Shown here piece by piece: positions 57,274-64,000 of a stretch of 64,000 bases of DNA. Origin of the DNA: Candidatus Thorarchaeota archaeon (lineage in GTDB: Archaea; Asgardarchaeota; Thorarchaeia; Thorarchaeales; Thorarchaeaceae); the NCBI GenBank assembly GCA_048882385.1, contig JBHLRQ010000003.1, forward strand, positions 11,126-75,125, given 5' to 3'. Made by a program: the position numbers and the translations under genes. The notes beneath the pieces are model-generated. The model did not search any database. It saw only the letters and a program-made list of their open reading frames with translations, and had not been told where the DNA came from. Positions within the stretch are counted from its first letter, which is position 1. Every line of letters starts with the position of its first letter.

Positions 57274-58356
57274 TTGACAGAAGCCGCTGAAGCCAAACCA
57301 GAAGATGTTGAGTTTCTCCGCGCGAAACTAAGAGAACTCAAGACCCAAGCCCGTGATGAACTTGAGGTTCTCAGACGCGATCGGGATCAAATGCGGGAAT
57401 ACAAGACAATACGTGATGAGCATAACAAAGAAGTCCGTGGACTCATAGAATCCGTTAAAGCAGAACGTGAAGAACGAGACCGGATTAACAAAGAAATCTC
57501 TGATGCTAAGGATCGTAGAACAGCTATTCATGCACAGCTAAAAAGTTTGTATGACGAAATTCGAGAGCTACGGAGCAATCTTGTTGGTAGTCCATCGACT
57601 GACCAACGAAGAATGATGCGTCGTGTTGAAGAACTGGAATGGCGTCAACAAACAGACCAACTTACAAGAGATGAAGAACTCTCTATTGTTGAAGAGATTG
57701 CTAAGATTGAAGCAAAGCTTGTGAAGATTGGTCAAGAAAAGGAGAAACAAGATAAAATCAGCGAGAAACGAAGACTCGCTAGAAAACTCAAGGAAGAGGC
57801 TTCTGAAGCACACGAGAAAGTCATCGAACTTTCAGAGCAAAGTCAGATACACCATCAAGAAGTTGTACGTATCAGACCAACACTTGAAGAGTATAAGAAA
57901 TCCGCTGACACTGCCCACAAGAACTTCGTTGAATGGCTTAAAAAGGTCAAAGACGGTGAAGGCAAGCTCAAAGAGCTTAGAACACAAATTGAAGAAATTC
58001 AAGGAAAGCTTCGCAAGTTTACCGTTGAGAAACGAGATATTGAACAGAAAGAGATGCGTGATCAACAACGAGCTCAAGAACGTGAGCGCACAGATGCCGC
58101 TGTTGAGAAGCTACAATCTGGAAAGAGACTTACTTTTGATGAGTTCATCTTAGCACAACGTCAAGTTACTGATGACAAGAAAAAGACTCAGAAGGGTAGA
58201 AAACGTGGAAAGGAACCCGAACCCGAACCTGATGTCGAATCTGAGTCGGAAACTGAAACCGAACCGGTTGAAGCTAACATGCCAGAGTCTGAGCCCGATG
58301 TAGAAGAACCCGAGGCTACTGTGGAAGATCTAGTGGAAGATGGACCTGAGGAGTAA
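57274..58356 (+). CDS. charged coiled-coil protein with acidic EPEPE/ESE C-terminal tail
   Basis: About 300 aa of K/E/R-rich heptad-like sequence, then EPEPEPDVESESETETEPVE...EDLVEDGPEE. Confidence 0.5.
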   Translation: MTEAAEAKPEDVEFLRAKLRELKTQARDELEVLRRDRDQMREYKTIRDEHNKEVRGLIESVKAEREERDRINKEISDAKDRRTAIHAQLKSLYDEIRELRSNLVGSPSTDQRRMMRRVEELEWRQQTDQLTRDEELSIVEEIAKIEAKLVKIGQEKEKQDKISEKRRLARKLKEEASEAHEKVIELSEQSQIHHQEVVRIRPTLEEYKKSADTAHKNFVEWLKKVKDGEGKLKELRTQIEEIQGKLRKFTVEKRDIEQKEMRDQQRAQERERTDAAVEKLQSGKRLTFDEFILAQRQVTDDKKKTQKGRKRGKEPEPEPDVESESETETEPVEANMPESEPDVEEPEATVEDLVEDGPEE

Positions 58357-58408
58357 ACCACATAGTTGGATGGCACCTAATAACCAGGTTTGAAAATAGG
58401 AGGGCATA

Positions 58409-59671
58409 GTGATGAGTAGTAGGAGTCAGAGACCTGTTGGTAAACTCTCTGCAACTACTATGTTCTATATCCTTGCACTTGGTTCCGGCGTTATGCGAAC
58501 ATTTTCCGTTGTATTTGATATTGTTGCTCTCAATACTTCGGAGATTGATGTTCTGACATATGGTTTCCTTGCTCAATGGACGAGTTTCACTGTGACTTTT
58601 GCAGTAGTTGCTGTGCTCAGTATTAGAAGGAAAACTAACGGGAAGAAACGTGCATTGGGTTATAGTCTTGATCCTGATTTTGACAAATTGCGACTTCTAC
58701 CTAGAAAACCAATGCTCTACATTGCCATCGCTGGCGTTTTTGCTGGAATCTCAACTGTATCATATTATGTAATTTCAGGAATATCAGATGCCACAAATGT
58801 TCTGCCATACGGTCAGCTTGTAATCATCTATCTCTTGATTGCGGACTTGATGGCTGAAAAAGACACACCAACCATCATTGAGATTCAGTCAATCATCTCT
58901 ATCCTATTCGGAGTTCTTTTAGTCGGTGCCAATCCGGGAGGCTTTGATGCTCTAACACTATTGATAGTTTTGGGACCATTGAACGTATCTTCAGCAATTG
59001 TTACATATTATCAGCGAAAAACAAAGAGATATGAAATTCGCCCAGGCCTACGTGTTGATTCTCTGAACATGAGAGTCTGGAGTCTTCTAGTTCTGAATCT
59101 TGTACTAAGCCTCTTCACTTTGCCATTCTTGACTCCGGTTTCTTGGGAAGTGATGATAACCAATTTTGGTCCTTTGTCTGGACTTATGGTTGGAACCTCT
59201 CTTGCGACATTCCTATCCATTGTCATGTATATTCGCGCGTTGGGTAGAGGTTCTATGGCGGTCGTGAATTCCCTGTCTGCGATATCTGTAGTTCTTGGGA
59301 TTCCTGTTACACTACTTGGAAACATGGTAGTTCCTGGAGCTTTTGGTGTTATTGATGCAGATTCATTCCTTTGGTCTCTCAAAATTTTTGGTGTTGTACT
59401 TGTTTTGATTGGGGTCATAGCCTTACAGGCATCTGATGTGCGATCAATTGTTTTGATTAAAGTGAAACCATTGACAGGAGATCTCATACCACTACTGTTT
59501 GATGTAAAGGGAGTAGAAACAGCGGCTGCACTTGCTGGTAGACATGACTACATTCTCACAATTAAAAGTCGGAACTTAGCAAAAACTCGTTCATTGATAC
59601 TGAAAAGAATTCAGAAAATACCAGGAATAGCTGATGTTGAAACCCTTGTTGTGATTAAAGATTATAGATAA
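58409..59671 (+). CDS. DMT/EamA-like polytopic membrane protein fused to a C-terminal Lrp/AsnC-type RAM (ligand-binding) domain
   Basis: About 10 TM helices. The C-terminal 75 aa (VLIKVKPLTGDLIPLLFDVKGVETAAALAGRHDYILTIKSRNLAKTRSLILKRIQKIPGIADVETLVV) aligns with the next ORF, which is a RAM domain. Confidence 0.5.
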   Translation: MMSSRSQRPVGKLSATTMFYILALGSGVMRTFSVVFDIVALNTSEIDVLTYGFLAQWTSFTVTFAVVAVLSIRRKTNGKKRALGYSLDPDFDKLRLLPRKPMLYIAIAGVFAGISTVSYYVISGISDATNVLPYGQLVIIYLLIADLMAEKDTPTIIEIQSIISILFGVLLVGANPGGFDALTLLIVLGPLNVSSAIVTYYQRKTKRYEIRPGLRVDSLNMRVWSLLVLNLVLSLFTLPFLTPVSWEVMITNFGPLSGLMVGTSLATFLSIVMYIRALGRGSMAVVNSLSAISVVLGIPVTLLGNMVVPGAFGVIDADSFLWSLKIFGVVLVLIGVIALQASDVRSIVLIKVKPLTGDLIPLLFDVKGVETAAALAGRHDYILTIKSRNLAKTRSLILKRIQKIPGIADVETLVVIKDYR

Positions 59672-59688
59672 AAAAAGGAGATAGATAA

Positions 59689-59940
59689 ATGACAGACAAA
59701 GTTTTGGCATATGTGCTGATGGAGATTGAAATCGGAAAGACTGATGATGTTGTACAACAACTCAGACAGATTGAAGAAGCCACAAAAGTGGCAGTCACCA
59801 CCGGGTCATACGATATAGTCGTATTATTGGAGGCAAACAACCTAGAGCATCTCTATGAGTTGACGGTACAGCGAATCCACAAGATTCCTGGAATCAAAGA
59901 CACTCAGACTGCAGTTGTTGAGAAAATCATGTCACTCTAA
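59689..59940 (+). CDS. stand-alone Lrp/AsnC C-terminal (RAM) domain protein
   Basis: 83 aa. The ...AYVLMEIEIGKTDDVVQQL...VAVTTGSYDIVVLLEANNLEHLYELTVQRIHKIPGIKDTQTAVV pattern is the AsnC_trans_reg fold. Confidence 0.55.
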   Translation: MTDKVLAYVLMEIEIGKTDDVVQQLRQIEEATKVAVTTGSYDIVVLLEANNLEHLYELTVQRIHKIPGIKDTQTAVVEKIMSL

Positions 59941-60014
59941 GTCCGTAATCAATTCCTCGTCAATCACGTTTTTATCTTGCCAAGATAATAAATCTACCAG
60001 GGAAGTGGTTTGAA

Positions 60015-60956
60015 TTGGAAGAGGTTACTATTTCTGGACTAACTAAAAACTTCGGAGACCTTGTTGCTGTTGATCATATGGAACTGAGTATTCCAGCTGG
60101 TACAATCTTCGGGTTGTTGGGACCCAATGGTGCTGGTAAATCAACAACAACACGCCTTTTGAGCACACTTCTACGACCAACAGATGGTACTGCAGTTGTC
60201 AGTGGTCATGATATTCTAATGGAACCGGTACGTGTTCGTGAAATAACTGGAGTGCTGCCAGAGGAAAGCAATCATACTATCTATCCGACATTGACTACAT
60301 ATGAAAATCTGCAATACTTTGCTAGGCTGTACGATGTTTCAGAGGAAGATATCCCCGATAGGATTGAAGAACTACTCAAGTTCATGGAATTATGGGATCG
60401 AAAGGATGACAAAGCTGGCGAGTTGAGCACAGGAAACCGGCAACGACTTGCATTGTGTAGGGCAATTCTTCATAGACCCAAGGTACTGCTTCTTGATGAA
60501 CCCACAAGTGCTTTGGACCCGATTGCTGCTAAACGTGTCCGCGAGCTAATACTCAGCCTTTCTCACCAGTATAAACAAACGTTCTTCATAAACTCACACA
60601 ACCTTCCTGAAGTACAAAGAGTCTGTGATAGAATTGCAATAATCGATAAGGGAAAGATTCTGCTTCAGGGAAATACCCACGAACTACGTTCAACGTTATT
60701 GGCAAAACAGGAGTTTCGAATTAGAATCGTAGGAGATGTTGAACAAGCTAGTTCTATTGCAAAGTCAATGAATTTTGTTCAAGAGGTTAAACTAGAAGTT
60801 GATTCGATATTAGTCACCATTGAGAATCCTACTGAGAATAACTCCACCTTGATGCAATCTCTATTATCTGATGGTATAAAGATTATAGAATTTGCCGAGG
60901 AAGAAGCATCACTTGAAGACCTCTATCTTGAGGTTGTCAAAGGAGGTAATGAATAA
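60015..60956 (+). CDS. ABC transporter ATP-binding protein (ABC-2 type)
   Basis: Walker A GPNGAGKST, signature LSTGNRQRL, Walker B LLLDEPTSALD. TTG start. Confidence 0.85.
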   Translation: MEEVTISGLTKNFGDLVAVDHMELSIPAGTIFGLLGPNGAGKSTTTRLLSTLLRPTDGTAVVSGHDILMEPVRVREITGVLPEESNHTIYPTLTTYENLQYFARLYDVSEEDIPDRIEELLKFMELWDRKDDKAGELSTGNRQRLALCRAILHRPKVLLLDEPTSALDPIAAKRVRELILSLSHQYKQTFFINSHNLPEVQRVCDRIAIIDKGKILLQGNTHELRSTLLAKQEFRIRIVGDVEQASSIAKSMNFVQEVKLEVDSILVTIENPTENNSTLMQSLLSDGIKIIEFAEEEASLEDLYLEVVKGGNE

Positions 60957-61717
60957 TGGCATTCAGTAAATCATTGATTGTAGCAAAAACAGACCTCAAG
61001 ATGGCTTTGAAGGTAAGCTATGTTAAATATGGATTGGTTCTAGTTGCAGCGGTCGGTCCGATAATGATTCTTTTACTCGTAGGTTTTCTTGCTTTTACTG
61101 CCCCAGCTGCAGAGGCAGTATTTGTACTACAACTCATGAGTCCAATTATCTCACCAATGATTGGTGTGTTTGCAATAATCCCGGCATCTCTCATTGCTGC
61201 TAACTCTTTAGTAGGAGAGCGTGAACAGAACACTCTCGAACCTCTCCTTTGTACTCCTTTAACAGACCGAGAACTACTCATTGGAAAAGTTCTCAGCTCA
61301 TTCATTCCAAGTATGGGGCTACTGCTAGGCTCAATATTGATTACAGAGATTGGAACCACCATTATGTTCATGATCTCTGGTCTACCACTAATCCTATTTC
61401 CCGATATACAAGGTCTGTTTCTACTCTTAGCCGCAGGACCTCTTATGATTCTTGCAATGAACTCCATAATGATACTCATTAGTGGTAGAGTGAGTCGTGT
61501 CTATGAAGCGTATCAAACTTCTGGAGCAACTGTAATGGTATTCATTCTACCAATGCTTTTGCCCATGGTTACCCTTGATGCTACAGGTGCGATGGATCCA
61601 AATGCAGTTCTGTTGACAAACCTAATTACTATCCTAGTTGCAGCAGTCCTGTTTGTGGTGACATGGGCATTAGCATTTAGTAGATTCAACAGAGACCATA
61701 TGGTTTCACTTGTTTAG
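60956..61717 (+). CDS. ABC-2 type transporter permease
   Basis: 6-TM permease translationally coupled to the ATPase (ATGA overlap). Confidence 0.6.
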   Translation: MAFSKSLIVAKTDLKMALKVSYVKYGLVLVAAVGPIMILLLVGFLAFTAPAAEAVFVLQLMSPIISPMIGVFAIIPASLIAANSLVGEREQNTLEPLLCTPLTDRELLIGKVLSSFIPSMGLLLGSILITEIGTTIMFMISGLPLILFPDIQGLFLLLAAGPLMILAMNSIMILISGRVSRVYEAYQTSGATVMVFILPMLLPMVTLDATGAMDPNAVLLTNLITILVAAVLFVVTWALAFSRFNRDHMVSLV

Positions 61718-61750
61718 AATAGTAAAGAGGGCATTGCCCTCTATTTCCAT

Positions 61751-62278
61751 TTATTCCCTTATCTTTTTCAAACCAGATGGATATCGACCTGCGAGATCCC
61801 TATAGATAGCTTTGAATCTAGAGAGTTCTTCTTTGTGCTTCTCTTGAACATCTCCTATTTCTTTTGCTGGGACTCCAACAACAATTCTTTCATCTAGAAT
61901 CTCAAAACGTGCTCTAACAACTGCACCTTCCCCAACAATACACCATTTTCCAACAATAGCGTAATCTGAAACGATGGCTCCCATTCCAACAACTGCTTCA
62001 TCTTTGATTGTCGCGTTGTGAACAATGCATCCATGTCCAAGGGTGACATTATTCCCAATTACTGTAAGCTCCTCTGGTCGCGCATGAATGATGACATTAT
62101 CCTGTACACTGCATCCATCGCCAATCCTGATTTCTCCATAATCTCCTTTCACAACTGCCCCCGGAGCGATATAGCATTCCTCTCCAATCGTCACCTTTCC
62201 AATTACAGATGCTGAGCTGCTCACATAAGATGTCTTTCCTATTATTGGAACTCGTCCTTCGAATTCATAAATAGCCAT
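61751..62278 (-). CDS. gamma-class carbonic anhydrase-like / hexapeptide-repeat (LbH) protein
   Basis: Repeated [LIV]G..h..I hexapeptides and metal-His residues in the IIHARPE...LGHGCIVHNA context (PaaY/YrdA-like). Confidence 0.75.
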   Translation of the reverse strand: MAIYEFEGRVPIIGKTSYVSSSASVIGKVTIGEECYIAPGAVVKGDYGEIRIGDGCSVQDNVIIHARPEELTVIGNNVTLGHGCIVHNATIKDEAVVGMGAIVSDYAIVGKWCIVGEGAVVRARFEILDERIVVGVPAKEIGDVQEKHKEELSRFKAIYRDLAGRYPSGLKKIRE

Positions 62279-62420
62279 AGAAACACCACTTTCTGTTACA
62301 GAATAACTCAGTTATTAGCTTGAAGGTAGCTGAAATGAGAATACACCCCTCTCCGAAACGTTAATGTTCTGGCTTACCAAAGGTTCTGTATCATCACTAT
62401 TCGGTAGAGGATGCTAAACC

Positions 62421-62804
62421 TTGAATAATGAAGAAACTCAAATCTTTCCAATTCTGAGGGGCGAGTCTGTCAGTGAGAGTGGAGAGTTTTCTGGTAGAGC
62501 TGTAATCATTTGCGAGCCTGATGATCTCACACGTGATTGGGCTGAAGACTCCATTGCAATATTGCATAAGGATCTGGAATTATATTTCACCGAAAATCCT
62601 GCCGCTCTGGATTCCCTCTTCAAAGTAGTGACTGCTGTTCTCGCAGAATTCGGAGAATCGATTAGTCCTTTTGCATCATATGCAACTCAACATGGAGCAA
62701 TCGCAGTAATAAAGGTCGGCGATGCTACGCATGTTCTTGAGGATGACATGCATATTCGTGTGGAAGCAATCGAGAATCAGGGCGATGTTTACTTCATTGA
62801 TTAA
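62421..62804 (+). CDS. hypothetical protein
   Basis: 127-aa ORF with no confident motif. It weakly resembles a PEP-utilising-enzyme mobile domain around TQHGAIAVIKVG. Confidence 0.3.
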   Translation: MNNEETQIFPILRGESVSESGEFSGRAVIICEPDDLTRDWAEDSIAILHKDLELYFTENPAALDSLFKVVTAVLAEFGESISPFASYATQHGAIAVIKVGDATHVLEDDMHIRVEAIENQGDVYFID

Positions 62805-62886
62805 CCATCAATACGATATTTCGGGGTCGCTTTAATCAGCAAGGCTTTATGCTACTCTTTGACGGTGAGAGTAAGAGGCAAACTGC

Positions 62887-63909
62887 ATGCGCCGATTGGA
62901 GGAGGAGTCCACTAGGAGACAGATTGTTGTGGATAGGTCTGCGGCTCGAATGAGTCACCTCAAAACTTTGGCTTTTACTCTTCTCATGACTTCAGTCTAC
63001 ACAGTGTTTCTCTGGTTCCTGTGTTATACTAGACCATCAGTAGCTTCCTCTCTCCTATTATTTGGTTCTCAAATTGCAATTGGTTTTCCTGCAACTCGTG
63101 CATATTATGAATGGGGGATTTCCAATAAAGAGAAACTACATTTTCTAGATCCAGCGAAAATGAACGGAAAAGGGAAGCAACTTGAAATAGACATTCATCT
63201 GGGAGACCTGGCTTTATTGTTTGAGAAAATGCAGCTCAAGGTCAATAAATACGACAAGGGAAGCTTCGATGACCTTAATGATTTGGCGTGGTTTGGTATC
63301 TTTGTTTGGTCGGCACTCTCATCATCACTTTTCTTTCTCAATATCGGCGGCTATCCCATCTGCATTGGTGGTTCGTTAGTTCTAGTTTTGACCTGTACTG
63401 CGAGTTATTTGAGTGGTTATTGGAAACAGAGAAACCAGTCTTTTGAGGATGATTTGAATCATCTTCAGTATTACGTTGAGAAACGCTACAAAGACTTGGA
63501 TGAGCACTTGCCTAGGAAAGGTTCACGGATCTACATTCAAATGGTGAAGAAAAGGAGGAAATTTGTTCTAACCGACTTCAGTATAGAGATCTCATTAGGA
63601 GGTAATAATGCCATAGAATACCACATGGGCTTGTCATCAACAGAGAAAGAGCGTATCTTAGTTAAGGCTGAGGATGCAGTTTTGAATCGAATATACAATA
63701 GAACAAAAGAAATGCCGGCTTTTGTTGAAAATGGATGGGTTATTGAACGAATAATGACTTTATCCGGTCCAATTGTTCGGATACTAAATCAGTCATCGGA
63801 TTTCTCTCTATTGAATAGAGTATCATACATCAAAAGCCCCTCAATCATAGATGAATCCTCAATAATTGTGGAAACCATCTTTTCCAATGTGTTGAAGTTT
63901 GCATCTTAG
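62887..63909 (+). CDS. hypothetical membrane protein (4 TM in N-terminal half)
   Basis: 340-aa ORF. Hydrophobic helices at aa 25-45, 60-80, 125-145 and 150-170. No motif recognised. Confidence 0.35.
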   Translation: MRRLEEESTRRQIVVDRSAARMSHLKTLAFTLLMTSVYTVFLWFLCYTRPSVASSLLLFGSQIAIGFPATRAYYEWGISNKEKLHFLDPAKMNGKGKQLEIDIHLGDLALLFEKMQLKVNKYDKGSFDDLNDLAWFGIFVWSALSSSLFFLNIGGYPICIGGSLVLVLTCTASYLSGYWKQRNQSFEDDLNHLQYYVEKRYKDLDEHLPRKGSRIYIQMVKKRRKFVLTDFSIEISLGGNNAIEYHMGLSSTEKERILVKAEDAVLNRIYNRTKEMPAFVENGWVIERIMTLSGPIVRILNQSSDFSLLNRVSYIKSPSIIDESSIIVETIFSNVLKFAS

Positions 63910-64000
63910 AATCATTGAACTCATAAGTGGAATCTATTACTAAACGAGTCATTCTATACCATAAGCTCTAAGACGCTACCCGTAAACACATTAAACGAGG

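Noticed and set aside
1-64000. CRISPR array, cas1/cas2, transposase or integrase near the Cas4-like nuclease
   Set aside because: I saw no regularly spaced direct repeats and no ORF with Cas1, Cas2, transposase or integrase characteristics in any frame. The Cas4-like gene is therefore treated as stand-alone.
1-64000. tRNA or rRNA genes
   Set aside because: I scanned intergenic regions for T-loop GTTCRANYC motifs and acceptor-stem symmetry and found none. No rRNA-like GC-rich long segment is present.

Overview
This 64 kb window is a gene-dense, AT-rich (about 40% GC) archaeal chromosomal segment, about 90% coding. I found no rRNA, tRNA, CRISPR array, transposase or integrase.

The core genes are archaeal. 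PheS and PheT (phenylalanyl-tRNA synthetase alpha and beta) are adjacent and followed by aRF1, with NIKS and GGQ motifs. There is an archaeal myo-inositol-1-phosphate synthase and a GlmS that starts TTG-TGC.

Several eukaryote-like features point to an Asgard-type archaeon. These are a Ras/Rab-like small GTPase, three roadblock/LC7 domains in two genes, a DedA/VTT membrane protein, an OB-fold protein with an RGG/GAR-like tail, and a charged coiled-coil protein.

Metabolic content:
- Two paralogous GlcD-like FAD oxidase plus CCG-domain Fe-S protein pairs.
- An MtaA/URO-D-like methyltransferase and an RraA-like aldolase.
- KDG kinase plus KDPG aldolase next to a glycyl-radical enzyme that has no nearby activase.
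- Tungsten-type aldehyde:ferredoxin oxidoreductase with a polyferredoxin.
- An F420/luciferase-like oxidoreductase.
- Two DUF917-like paralogues with an Asp/Glu/hydantoin racemase-family protein, an MFS transporter and a metallophosphoesterase.
- DegT aminotransferase, a HAD phosphatase and a RimK-like ligase.
- Proteases: S8 subtilisin, a CPBP protease and a possible clan-CD (caspase-fold) peptidase.
- Two ABC-2 transporters and a BMP-family substrate-binding protein.

The most unusual loci are:
- A three-gene minus-strand operon at 5660-7066. A Cas4/RecB-type PD-(D/E)xK Fe-S nuclease appears split into an 88-aa N-terminal Cys-motif peptide and a 219-aa core. Each half has its own transmembrane anchor. 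A small basic coiled-coil protein follows. No CRISPR array, cas1 or cas2 is nearby.
- A GC-rich structured ncRNA of about 255 nt at 9978-10233, closed by a long 5'/3' helix and ending in an oligo-T tract. It is a possible SRP RNA.
- An isolated Mrr-type restriction-endonuclease-fold gene next to a ubiquitin-like beta-grasp (..GG) gene, with perfect palindromes in the flanking AT-rich spacers.
- A DMT-type transporter fused to an Lrp/AsnC RAM domain, followed by a stand-alone RAM-domain gene and an ABC-2 system.
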